Positions 10,867-20,965 of a stretch of 64,000 bases of DNA are shown piece after piece. Positions within the stretch are counted from its first letter, which is position 1. Every line of letters starts with the position of its first letter. The stretch is from Torpedo marmorata (Eukaryota), in contig OZ360226.1 of assembly GCA_977017645.1 (NCBI GenBank), positions 146,754,001-146,818,000 of the forward strand, read 5' to 3'. The translations under genes were made by a program, and so were the position numbers. The notes beneath the pieces were generated by a model. That model made no database searches, had not been told where the DNA came from, and saw only the letters and a list, made by a program, of their open reading frames with translations.

Positions 10867-12072
10867 ACTTCTCGCATGAATAAGTGCTTGCTGGGGATCC
10901 ATAAATACAATAGCTTTATCTCCATTATTTTGAATCCTCAGAGCCGCAGGAAATTTGAATGAAAACTTATAACCTTTCTGCCATAATATTTGCTTCGCAA
11001 GATTAAACTCCTTCCGCTTATTAACCACAGCCGAGCTTAAATCTGGATAAAAAAGCACTCTATTACCATCAATCAACAATGGAGTCCCACTTTCTCTTGA
11101 CTTTCGAATCGCCATTCTTATTATCATTTCTTTATCTTGATATTTAAGACATTTCAACAAAACTGGACGAGGTCTCCGATCTATCTGATCTCGTCTTCCA
11201 ATTCTGTGAGCTCTCTCCAACTCTACTGGTTTATCCAAATTAAATATTTGCATAAGCCAATCTTGAAAAAACTGAGTTGGATCTTGCGGCTCCATACCTT
11301 CAGGTAATCCCAATATTTTGACATTACTTCTTCGACTTTGGTTTTCCAGCTGATCTATCTTCTGTAACATCTGATCTCTTTGTAATTCCCAGCCAGTAAA
11401 TGAGTCATCTAATTTATCCACTCTTTCTCTATAATCCATAAAATCATCATAATTAATTTTAGCATCATCTTCCATCTTTTGCATTCTCACCTCCAATTTA
11501 TCCATAGCTGTTTCCATTTTCTTCATATTATTTCTTGATTCTTTAAATTCACTTTGCATGTGCTGTTCCAACCTGGTAATAGCTTGTAAAATCCTTTGTT
11601 GAGTACTCTTTATAGAACCAATATCTTTTATAACCTCATCTGGATAAGGTTCGTATTCTTCACTTCCTACTTCCTCAAACTGTTGAGCCTCCCTCTCTCT
11701 GGTCTCCGATTCTGACGATGTTTCCAGCTCTCCCAGCTGTAGCACAGTCTGGGGAGCGTCTTTTGCTCTAACAAACTCCTGTAGCGAAGGTCGCTGTTCT
11801 TCACGCGTTCTTCCGGGTTCGCGCATGCGCGTCACTACTGACGCTACTTTTGTAGTTTTGGGTCGGGCGCCGGCGCCATCTTCCGCAGCTCCCTGCAGAG
11901 ACAGCGCCGACGCTACCGACTCAGCAGACAATCTTCCGCGTTGCGTTCTGGGCAGCTTCAGTACTACAATCCCAGGTTCCATCTGAGAGGTAGGCCTTTT
12001 TTCTTCTTGTGTTAGAGTTGATTGTATGAGAGGTTTCTTAACTTTTTGTTCCTTCACTCTTCTAGCAGCCAT
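10708..12072 (-). CDS. L1 ORF1p (coiled coil, RRM, CTD; Transposase_22-like)
   Basis: LENQSRRSNVKILGLPEG, ERAHR, PRPVLLK, FYPDLS, FPAAL motifs; 454 aa. Confidence 0.95.
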   Translation of the reverse strand: MAARRVKEQKVKKPLIQSTLTQEEKRPTSQMEPGIVVLKLPRTQRGRLSAESVASALSLQGAAEDGAGARPKTTKVASVVTRMREPGRTREEQRPSLQEFVRAKDAPQTVLQLGELETSSESETREREAQQFEEVGSEEYEPYPDEVIKDIGSIKSTQQRILQAITRLEQHMQSEFKESRNNMKKMETAMDKLEVRMQKMEDDAKINYDDFMDYRERVDKLDDSFTGWELQRDQMLQKIDQLENQSRRSNVKILGLPEGMEPQDPTQFFQDWLMQIFNLDKPVELERAHRIGRRDQIDRRPRPVLLKCLKYQDKEMIIRMAIRKSRESGTPLLIDGNRVLFYPDLSSAVVNKRKEFNLAKQILWQKGYKFSFKFPAALRIQNNGDKAIVFMDPQQALIHARSLPRLPGSYNLNLRRQDQNQEGQVVPPMVASGEENVLVQLEGEQDELDLGGVN

Positions 12073-12205
12073 TCTTGAATTGTTTATAATACTTTTTAAA
12101 ATACTTTAAAAATTTTTTGAGTTAATTAAACTGTCTTCGTAACTTGATCTATGGGGAGAGGTGTTCCTTTGCGTCTTCTTCCTACGCCATCACGCCACGC
12201 CCCCC

Positions 12206-12560
12206 GAAAATCAGATCTCTTGAATTGAAATTTTTGAACAGGTGACCAAGAGGATTGATGAGGGTAGGGTGGTAGACATTATCTTTATGGAATTTAGCAA
12301 GATCTTTGATGTCCCATATGGAAGGCTGGTCAGGAAGGTTAAAATGAATGGGATACAAGGTGAATTATCCAATTGGATACAAAATTGGCTTGGTGGTAGG
12401 AGACAGAGTGGAGGGGGGGGGGGGGGAAAGAGTTGTTTTTCATATTGGAGGCATATGGCCTGTGATGTGCTGCACGGATCAGTGCTGGGTCCACTGTTGA
12501 TTGTCATTGCATATTACTGATTTGGATGAGAATATAGGTGGCATACATAGTTAGTAGGTT
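12206..12560 (+). mobile_element. Old CR1 RT remnant (right half)
   Basis: ORF 12242-12520 TKRIDEGRVVDIIFMEFSKIFDVP...GSVLGPLL is a degenerate CR1 RT. Confidence 0.8.
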
Positions 12561-13087
12561 GTTGAGAGCTATTAGTAAAGAATGCATGGAAAAAATTGAG
12601 ATAATCAGACAAAAGTCTATCTTCAAAAAATCTTTGCAAATATAGCATGTTATGGATAAAAGCAGTGTATGTGCTATATTTAGATTTCCAGAAGGCATTT
12701 GATAAGATGCCACATCAGTATATTGCAGAAAATAAAACAAATCATGGTGTCGGAGGTAACAATGGAATAGGAGTGGCTGCCCAACAAAAGGAGAGGATTT
12801 TTTTTTTTGGTTGATAAGATGTAGTGCATGGTTACTATGGGGATTGGAGCCTTGGCATCAAGTTTTTTTTTTTTACCAACTTGGGTGAAGGAATCTAATT
12901 AGTTGCCAGATTTGCTGATGACATAAAGATGGGCAGGAAAGTTAGGGCAACACTGCTCAATGTTTGTTCAGTGGGGAGGAAATCACCTCTGTGTTTCTGC
13001 TGAAAGCTGGAGGTACGCAGCTGGTCAGAGGGGAAGGAACAGACAATGGTGTTGAATGACAATCTAAGATGTGACACTGATTAGCAA

Positions 13088-13448
13088 AAGAGACTGTAGA
13101 AGCTGGAACAAAACATAGGATACTGGAAGAGCCGAGCAGGTCAAGCAGCATCTGTGGATGCAAAAGGTGTAGGTTGTTATTTTGGGTTGAGAACCTCCAG
13201 CAGCACTGAGGGGGAGGAGGAAAATTAACAGTGTCGGGGGGAATAGGATAAAGGCTGGTAGGTGAGATGGGGAGGGAATGATGGGCAGATGAGGGAGGGA
13301 ATAGGAGGGATGAACCAAGCAAGATGAAAACTTGATAGACAGGTGAGTGTGCATGGAAGGAGGGCACTGAGGATGTGTCATCTGAAATTGGAGTATTTGG
13401 TTTGTGCCAATGGGTTGTAAGCTATACGAGTGCAATATGAGATGTTCT
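13088..13448 (-). mobile_element. Penelope-like element, 3' terminal part (left of the Gypsy insertion)
   Basis: Resembles the terminal region at 22834-23105; continues across the Gypsy TSD into 17959-19063. Confidence 0.55.
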
Positions 13449-13699
13449 TGATAGGCCTATCAATAAACACTCGAAGGCTATGAGCGTGAGTGAACCATAG
13501 GCTTTTATTACCTTAGAACTATGCAGTGCTTTCCAGCAGATCTGACCCGGACTGGAGGAGTGGCCGAGATACAGTGGCCTTTATTCAGGTGAGGAAAGGG
13601 GAGGGATTACCTGGACACCCAAGGGAGGGGAGGGAGTAGACATCGGGACAGCCTGCAATACACACCTACACCACAATACATAAACAGTGGTTTACCACA
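13449..13699 (-). repeat. 3' LTR of the Gypsy at 13449-17958
   Basis: Direct repeat of 17708-17958; preceded on the minus strand by PPT AAAAGGAGGGGTGAA. Confidence 0.97.
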
Positions 13700-13788
13700 T
13701 TCACCCCTCCTTTTAAAAGAGTCCAGCGGGGTGACGTGACCACTCTAATTAAATACACAATAAAAGAAATATATGTACAAGTCCTTTT

Positions 13789-16700
13789 TCACAGGTCAAG
13801 GCGATCCGGCGGCCGAATTTGCCGCTGTGACCTGCGTGGTGGCGGGGCGGGTTGTGGTGATGGGGGAGATGGTAGTGATGGGGAAGATGGTAGTGATGAG
13901 GAAGATGGTAAGGTCGTCTGCGCCGTCGCCTCCTGCCTGGCCTCTTGGAATGCCTGTGGTCCCGTCGAGGGGGCTGAGTCTGACACATTGGGTGGGGAGT
14001 TAGAGAGGGGTTGCAGCAATTGGTCTTGCCCGTCGGAGTGTTCTTCCGGTGCCCCATCGGGCGCCAGGTCCCGAATCGAGACCGTGTCCTCACATCCATC
14101 AGGGAAGACCGCGTATGCATATTGGGGGTTGGCGTGTGCCAACTGCACCCTCTGAACTGTCGGCTCATATTTGCTGCTCCGAAGGTGATTGCGGAGCAGC
14201 ACTGGTCCCGGGGACATCAGCCAGGCAGGTAGGGCGGTCCCGGTGGTCGACTTCCTGGGGAAGGAAAAAAATCGTTCATGAGGGGTTGCGTTGGTGGATG
14301 TGCACAGCAGAGACCGGATAGAGTGGAGGGCTTCGGGGAGAACATCCTGCCAGCGGGAGACCGGCCATCCCTTGGACTTGAGAGCCAGGAGCGCGGCCTT
14401 CCATACAGTAGCGTTCTCCCTCTCCACCTGCCCATTTCCCCGGGGGTTGTATCCGGTGGTCCTGCTAGTGGCGATGCCTCGGGCCTGCAGGTACCGTCGC
14501 AGCTCCTCACTCATGAAAGCTGCTCCCCGGTCGCTATGTATGTAGTTTGGGAAACCAAACAGCGCGAATACCTGGTGGAGAGCTTTTATGGTTGAGGTAG
14601 CTGAGGTGTCGGGACAGGGGATGGCAAAGGGGAACCGCGAGTACTCATCAATGATGTTTAAGAAGTACACGTTGCGGTTCGTGGAGGGAAGGGGCCCCTT
14701 GAAGTCAATACTGAGACGTTCAAAGGGGCGAGTGGCTTTGATCAGCTGTGCCCTGTCGGGGCGGTAGAACTGAGGTTTGCACTCCGCGCAAACCCGGCAG
14801 CCTCTGATCAATGTCCTGACCTCTTCCAGGGAGTATGGCAGGTTCTGTGACTTCACGAAGTGAAAGAGCCTGGTAATCCCTGGGTGGCAGAGGACGTCGT
14901 GTAGGGCATGTAATCGGTCGACCTGCGCGCTGGCGCGTGATCCCCGGGATAGAGCGTCCGAGGGCTCATTGAGCTTCCCGGGCCGGTAGAGGATGTCGTA
15001 GTTGTAGGTGGAGAGTTCTATTCTCCACCTCATGATCTTGTCGTTTTTGATCTTACCCCGCTGCTGGTTGTTGAACATAAATGCCACCGAGCGTTGGTCG
15101 GTCAGCAGGGTAAAATGCTTGCCGGCGAGATAGTGCCTGATTGCTTCCACTATGGCCTGGGCTTCTTTCTCTACCGCGGAGTGCCGAATTTCGGGGCCTT
15201 GAAGGGTCCGTGAGAAAAACGCCACCGGCCTTCCCGCCTGGTTGAGGGTAGCAGCCAGCGCGAAGTCCGATGCGTCGCTCTCTACCTGAAAAGGTGTCTC
15301 TTCATCCACTGCGTGCATTGTTGCTCGAGCAATGTCCCCTTTTATAAGGTCAAAGGCCTTACGTGCCTCCGAATCAAGGGGAAATGCGGTGGATTTCACC
15401 AGGGGTCGGGCCTTATCAGCATAATTTGGTACCCACTGCGCATAATATGAGAAGAACCCGAGGCATCGTTTGAGTGCTTTGGGGGTGGGAGGAAGTGGAA
15501 GTTCCAGTAGGGGCCGCATGCGGTCGGGGTCGGGCCCAATCACCCCGTTCTCTACCACATACCCCAAAATAGCGAGGCGTGTGGTACCAAACACACATTT
15601 TTCTTTATTATATGTCAGGTTTAGTGCTTTTGCCGCCTGCAGGAACTTCCGGAGGTTGTTATCGTGATCCTGACGATCCAGCCCACAGATGGTGATATCG
15701 TCCAGGTACGGGAAAGTGGCCTTAAGTCTATACTGGTCCACAATCCTATCCATCTCCCGCTGAAACACAGAAACTCCATTAGTAACCCCGAACGGAACCC
15801 GTAGGAAATGGAACAGTCTCCCATCTGCCTCGAACGCAGTGTACTGTCGGTCTTCCCGTCGGATAGGGAGCTGATGATATGCGGATTTCAGGTCGATAGT
15901 GGAAAAGACCCTGTATTGGGCGATCTGATTAACGATATCCGCTATTCGTGGTAGCGGATATGCGTCCAACTGTGTGAACCGATTAATCGTCTGACTGTAA
16001 TCCACCACCATCCTACTCTTGGCCCCTTTTACTACGACTACCTGTGCCCTCCAGGGACTATTACTCCTCTCAATAATCCCCTCCTGTAATAATCTCTGCA
16101 CCTCCGTCTTGATAAACGCCCTGTCCCCCGAACTGTATCGCCTGCTCTTGGTTGCCACAGGCTTACAGTCAGGGGTCAGGTTGGCGAATAGCGACGGCGG
16201 CGAGATCTTAAGAGTGGAGAGGCCACAGGTAGTTTGGGGCGTATTATTCAGGAACTGGTGGTTTACTACAGTGATCGCAGGGTGGGGACCGTCATAACGC
16301 ATAGTGACACTACGTAAGTGGCTCTGAAAATCGAGTCCTAATAAAACAGGTGCACACAACTGATTCATAATAAATAACGAAAATTGTCGATACTCAGTCC
16401 CTTGTACAACAATATTTGCCACACAAGCCCCCCGGATGTCTGTTGTGTGAGCCCCAGACGCCATGGCCACCCTCTGGCTTACCGGTATGGTAGTGAGGCC
16501 ACAGCGCTGGACAGTGTCCGGGTGGATGAAACTCTCCGTACTGCCCGTATCGAAGAGGCAGGTGGTTTTGTGCCCCTCCACCAGAATGTCCATCATGGAT
16601 TTCGATAGCTGGTGGGGAACACTCTGGTCAAGGGTGACTGATGCAAGTGTTGAGATGTAGTCATCTTGATCCTCTGCTGTTGTCAAAGATAGCCGCTCCC

Positions 16701-16872
16701 GTAGATCGCACATGTCGCTGCTGCTCGCGTTGCAAGATGGCGGCGGTAGTAAGGCCGGAAGTACCGACGCGGACGGTGGCGCCGGAAGTGCCAGCATCAA
16801 AGATGGCCGCCTCCATTCTTCGCACGAGGTCGACGCCGGAAGCGGCAGCAGGTAAGATGGCCGCCCCCGCAG
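13789..16872 (-). CDS. pol: Gypsy pol (protease, RT, RNase H, integrase); same frame as gag, beyond a single TAG
   Basis: LFDTGS (PR), SPWRAQ...YLDD (RT), ESDASD...EKEAQA (RH), H-H-C-C then IDFKGP, HSDRG, GQVEREN (IN). The frame is open from 16872 to the stop at 13789. Confidence 0.93.
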   Translation of the reverse strand: MRGRPSYLLPLPASTSCEEWRRPSLMLALPAPPSASVLPALLPPPSCNASSSDMCDLRERLSLTTAEDQDDYISTLASVTLDQSVPHQLSKSMMDILVEGHKTTCLFDTGSTESFIHPDTVQRCGLTTIPVSQRVAMASGAHTTDIRGACVANIVVQGTEYRQFSLFIMNQLCAPVLLGLDFQSHLRSVTMRYDGPHPAITVVNHQFLNNTPQTTCGLSTLKISPPSLFANLTPDCKPVATKSRRYSSGDRAFIKTEVQRLLQEGIIERSNSPWRAQVVVVKGAKSRMVVDYSQTINRFTQLDAYPLPRIADIVNQIAQYRVFSTIDLKSAYHQLPIRREDRQYTAFEADGRLFHFLRVPFGVTNGVSVFQREMDRIVDQYRLKATFPYLDDITICGLDRQDHDNNLRKFLQAAKALNLTYNKEKCVFGTTRLAILGYVVENGVIGPDPDRMRPLLELPLPPTPKALKRCLGFFSYYAQWVPNYADKARPLVKSTAFPLDSEARKAFDLIKGDIARATMHAVDEETPFQVESDASDFALAATLNQAGRPVAFFSRTLQGPEIRHSAVEKEAQAIVEAIRHYLAGKHFTLLTDQRSVAFMFNNQQRGKIKNDKIMRWRIELSTYNYDILYRPGKLNEPSDALSRGSRASAQVDRLHALHDVLCHPGITRLFHFVKSQNLPYSLEEVRTLIRGCRVCAECKPQFYRPDRAQLIKATRPFERLSIDFKGPLPSTNRNVYFLNIIDEYSRFPFAIPCPDTSATSTIKALHQVFALFGFPNYIHSDRGAAFMSEELRRYLQARGIATSRTTGYNPRGNGQVERENATVWKAALLALKSKGWPVSRWQDVLPEALHSIRSLLCTSTNATPHERFFSFPRKSTTGTALPAWLMSPGPVLLRNHLRSSKYEPTVQRVQLAHANPQYAYAVFPDGCEDTVSIRDLAPDGAPEEHSDGQDQLLQPLSNSPPNVSDSAPSTGPQAFQEARQEATAQTTLPSSSSLPSSPSLPSPPSPQPAPPPRRSQRQIRPPDRLDL

Positions 16873-17683
16873 CTAGCATGCGGCACTGCTCGGGCCCGGG
16901 CGCGACTTGGAGTGGCAGGCCTTCACATAATGGCCTTTCTTGCCGCATCCGGAACAAGTCGCGTCGCGGGCTGGGCAGCGTTTCCTCGGGTGTTTATCGA
17001 GCCCGCAGAAGTAACACTTCTCGGGCTCGCGGTTGACGGCAACGGCGGTGAGGATCGCGGTAGCGATCGGATCACTACCGGCGGCGGCGGCAGTCAGTTC
17101 GTTGGCAGGGCTGGGGGATGGGGATGACCACGTTGCGGGCTGGGGGTCGCGTACCTGCATTGCATCGGAGTTCCGCTGCGCGGACTCCAGCGTGTGGACC
17201 ATCGCTACTGCCCCACGAAAGTCCAGATCGGCGTGCTCCAACAGTCTCTGGCGCACATATACCGACCTGATCCCCATGATGAATGCATCTCTCTCCACCA
17301 CTCCAACGTGTTCCTCAGCCGTTAGGGCTTTACAGTCGCACGCTCGAGCCAGCGACTGTATGTCCCTGACGTACTCCACGGTCGACTCCCCGGCTCGCTG
17401 CTTTCGCGAAAAGAGTCGGTACCTCGCGTAGACCGCGTTGACAGGCGACAATTAAATCTTTTTCAACGCATCCATGGCCTCCGTGTAGGTTCTACAGTCT
17501 CTCACTGTTGTGAAAACCCGAGAGCTCACCCTGGAGATGAGGACTCAGTTGCTGCTCCTCACTATCGGCTTGGACGGTGATCATAAACGATTCCAGACAT
17601 CGTAGCCAGTGTTCGAAGGAGTTACTGGCATCAGGAGCTAGGTGATCGATGTCCAGGCGGTCCGGTCTTAGGGCTCCTTCCAT
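16873..17683 (-). pseudogene. gag: Gypsy gag with two zinc knuckles; one frameshift and two stops
   Basis: ATG at 17683; frameshift near 17545; TAA 17452-17454; CYFCGLDKHPRKRCPARDATCSGCGKKGHYVKAC; TAG 16873-16875. Confidence 0.88.
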
Positions 17684-17707
17684 CAGATTTTACTAAGGTA
17701 ATAAAAT

Positions 17708-17958
17708 TGATAGGCCTATCAATAAACACTCGAAGGCTATGAGCGTGAGTGAACCATAGGCTTTTATTACCTTAGAACTATGCAGTGCTTTCCAGCAGAA
17801 CTGACCCGGACTGGAGGAGTGGCCGAGATACAGTGGCCTTTATTCAGGTGAGGAAAGGGGAGGGATTACCTGGACACCCAAGGGAGGGGAGGGAGTAGAC
17901 ATCGGGACAGCCTGCAATACACACCTACACCACAATACATAAACAGTGGTTTACCACA
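17708..17958 (-). repeat. 5' LTR of the Gypsy at 13449-17958
   Basis: TGTGG...TATCA; followed by ATTTTATTACCTTAG rather than a TGG-type PBS. Confidence 0.97.
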
Positions 17959-19063
17959 GTTCTTAAAGTAGGTGTTTGATGATTCTTTAGCAATAGAAAA
18001 GGCAGAAGGCAAACAGGTTGGTATGGGAGTGAAAAGGGGAATTAAAATGACTTTAAACAGGAAGCTCAAGATAGATGTGATGGAACACAGTTGTTCTGTA
18101 AAACGGCTGCCTAGTCTATGGTTGGTCTAGCCGATGTAGAGGAGGCAACAGTGAGAGCACCAAATGCAGTAGACCAGGTTGGAGGAGATGCAGATAAACC
18201 TTGGCTTCACTGAGGAAGGGTATTTAGGTCTCCAGATGGTGATGAGAGATGGGTATTACACACCTTTGATTGCAGGGGAAAGTGCCTGGAGATGGGGAGG
18301 AGTGGATGAGGAGGTACAAGTAGACCAGGAAGTCCCAAAGAGAGGAGTTCCTATGGAAAGCAAAAAGTGGGATAGAGGGGAAGATCTGACAAGTTGTGAG
18401 ATTGTTGCAGCTGGCATAAATGGTGGTGGTGGAAGAGTGTTGGATGTGGAGGCTGGTGGGTGAAAGGTGAGGACCAAGAAAACTCTACTGCTGTTCTGCC
18501 TTACTGCCTAGGGAATGATGTGGGGGCGGGTGTCCAGAGCAGACATAAGGGAAATGGACAAAATATGTGACGGTTTCATCAGCTATGGCAGAGGGAAAGT
18601 CAGGCTTCTGGAAGGAGGTCTTTATAGAAAGAATGGAATGAAAGGCCTCCTCATGAGAGCAGATGTTGAGGTAAAGGAATTGTATCTTTACAGGAGGCAG
18701 GCTGGGTGGATGTATAGTCAAGTACCTGTGGATGTCAGTGGGTTTATAGAAGATACCAGTGGCAAGTCTATCCTCAGAGATGGAGACTGATCCACTAATG
18801 GAAGAGGTATTGGGGATGGACCAGTGAACTTGAGGACAGGGTGGACAGTGGTGGTGAAATTGATGTTAAGCACAAGTGCAGAGCTGGTGGGAGGATGTGG
18901 TTGACACAACGGGCTTGGAACTTGGACAGTTCCATGTAGCCAACAAAATGACTGGCATTTGCAACAAAAAGACAGGTGTAGCTAAGGCCCACGTGAGATG
19001 CGAGAGCTATGGCTTACCTGTTTGATCTATAGAAAATGGAAGGAATTGAAAAGATTGTTGAGA
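17959..19063 (-). mobile_element. Degenerate Penelope-like element (RT and GIY-YIG remnants)
   Basis: Minus strand shows remnants of LNNFSF..HFLQ...MGPSYACLFVGY, VHPVLKFT and LVYCIWCS...YIG; homologous to 21327-21955. Confidence 0.75.
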
Positions 19064-19639
19064 GCACATACATTATGTTGTCATGTGATACATTATTAGA
19101 AGGTGGCAAAAGTGATTTATACAGGAATGTGGGCTGCTGGCGCTGTGCACTCTTGAAATTGACAAGTGACTTACATGATGAGGTCCCAATCCCACATGAT
19201 TGAACTTCGACCTGTTCTTTTCTGGCTGAGCCCTGGTTGGAAAACCATTTGGTCTGGGAGTTGTGGCGGCAGACTGCAATCACGGAAATGGTCTCCAGGA
19301 GTAAGAAGTAAAAGCAATTTGTTTTTTCTCCTTTCAAGAAATTTAAAACTTAGCAAAAAGTTGCTGACTATTGCAGTTACACTCAGTGGTCTGACTCTGC
19401 AACAACATCCAGTCTGAGACTTTCCTTCTTAATGCATGTTTGAGCTGCAGTTATTTGAACAAACGGTGCTATGCCTTGAATATTGAAGGTTCCTTTTCAG
19501 TTAAATGCTGAAATCTATATGGAGTATTGAACCTGATTACCAATTTGGACCAGGTAGCAATCATTATGCAGAGTAGGCAATGGAAACAATCTTTCTTATC
19601 AGTTTGTTCAGATACTGTTCAGTGAACAGTTCTTCATAA

Positions 19640-20090
19640 GCATTAGCTGGAGATGAAGAATGACTTGCTTCCACGCTTGTTTTTTGGGTTTTGAGATGGC
19701 TGATTAAGCCAATGTGGGAACTACAAACTTCCCCATTCTTGGGGCATGTATCTGGTTTGAGAATCTGGTGTTGGACATGCAAAGAATATGGCCTGTCTGA
19801 CGTAGCTAACTGTGTGTAACTGGAGCCTCAGTATTGGTGTGGGAAAGGACCTTGGTTTGTTTATCCTTCCAATGTCAATGAATTGGATCATTTTTCAGAG
19901 ATGGCATTGGATGTGTTTTTCCAGTGCTTTGAGATGCCTGTTGTGGGTAGTCCAGGTGTCAGAAGTACATTGGAGAGTAGGGTTCCCCACTCCCTGTAGG
20001 GAATGAGTTTCTGAAGTCTTGATATTTAAATACACTTTAGTCGACCAAGGGCTCTACTGGTGGACCGAAGTGCTGGTGAGCTTCAAAATT
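19640..20090 (-). mobile_element. RTE-type LINE 3' remnant
   Basis: C-terminal CPKNGEVCSSHIGLISHLKT zinc-finger-like end (ORF 19564-19782); a further remnant (YLPFLGS) lies at about 20966-21150. Confidence 0.55.
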
Positions 20091-20107
20091 GTTGTCTGAC
20101 TTTATTT

Positions 20108-20965
20108 TGTTACAAAATCAAACCAGCAATGACAGAAGACGCAATGCAAAAGGGGTAAAATTGAAATTTATATTTATTAAAGACAATTAAACATATAATT
20201 TCACAACAATTAACCCCACTATAAACGTCTGTAAACACTATTCTTATCTAAAAGGTGTGTGTGTGTAAAGCCCAGACCATTACAGTCTGTGCCCAACCCT
20301 TATGTAAAAATGGAAAAACTTTCCCCAAAAACCCCAGGTCCGTCATAAAAAACAAGTCAGTCAAAAAAAAGAATAATACAGTCCACAAAATTCACTCTCT
20401 AAGTTCAGGCTTCAAATTCAGCTCTGTGTCTGGTAGAAGTACTTCTGAATGAACGTTGGAGAGAGACAATGACTGTTTATGCTTACAAATACTTGTTTTT
20501 CTTCTCTGATGACGTTCCCTTCTTGTGTTTTCATAAGGATTGCGAGTTCAGATCAGTATACCACTGATTAAGGCGTGTCCTTGGATCTCACAGCTAGTCT
20601 CGCTGATCTCACGCCTGTTCTCCACAGAAGTTGCTTGACCTCAGAATTTCTCTGAGACAGGAGGCCATGAGCTATCCTGCCAGTCTTTTCTCTGGGATGC
20701 ACAAGCCTGGATTTGGCTGTGTTCTCTAGCCTTTGCAACTCCCAACTGTCTGCTTTTTGCAGAGGTCTGCACCTGCTTTTTCCAAAAGTGCAACAATGTA
20801 TCTTTTCCACAGTCTGTCTCTCTCTGCTCTCTCTCTCTCTCTCTGGGTACACCAAGTCCTGGGCAAGTTAACTCTTTCAGTACCTGGTCCCAGTGTGTAC
20901 TCCAAAACACTTCATCCTTCCTGCTGACCATCCGCAGTCCAAATGGTCAGTCATGGTCCATAACA
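20108..20965 (-). repeat. Solo LTR, copy A (about 860 bp)
   Basis: TGTTA...TAACA termini; reverse complement of 21956-22833; no matching TSD. Confidence 0.8.

Larger units (their letters stand above)
6194..12205 (-). mobile_element. Full-length L1 LINE, both ORFs open, with TSD
   Basis: Poly(T) 6194-6212; 5' end GGGGGGCGTGGCGTGATGGCG at 12205; TSD GAAAATCAGATCTC(TT) at 6180-6195 and 12206-12221. Confidence 0.97.
13449..17958 (-). mobile_element. Full-length Ty3/Gypsy LTR retrotransposon (Mag-like gag), young copy
   Basis: Two 251-bp TG...CA LTRs with one mismatch; 5-bp TSD GTTCT (13444-13448 and 17959-17963); PPT; gag-PR-RT-RH-IN order. Confidence 0.97.

Noticed and set aside
13736-14595. 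Extra ORFs (env-like or antisense) at the Gypsy 3' end
   Set aside because: Overlap GC-rich integrase sequence, lack signal or TM features, and only about 90 nt separate the pol stop from the LTR.
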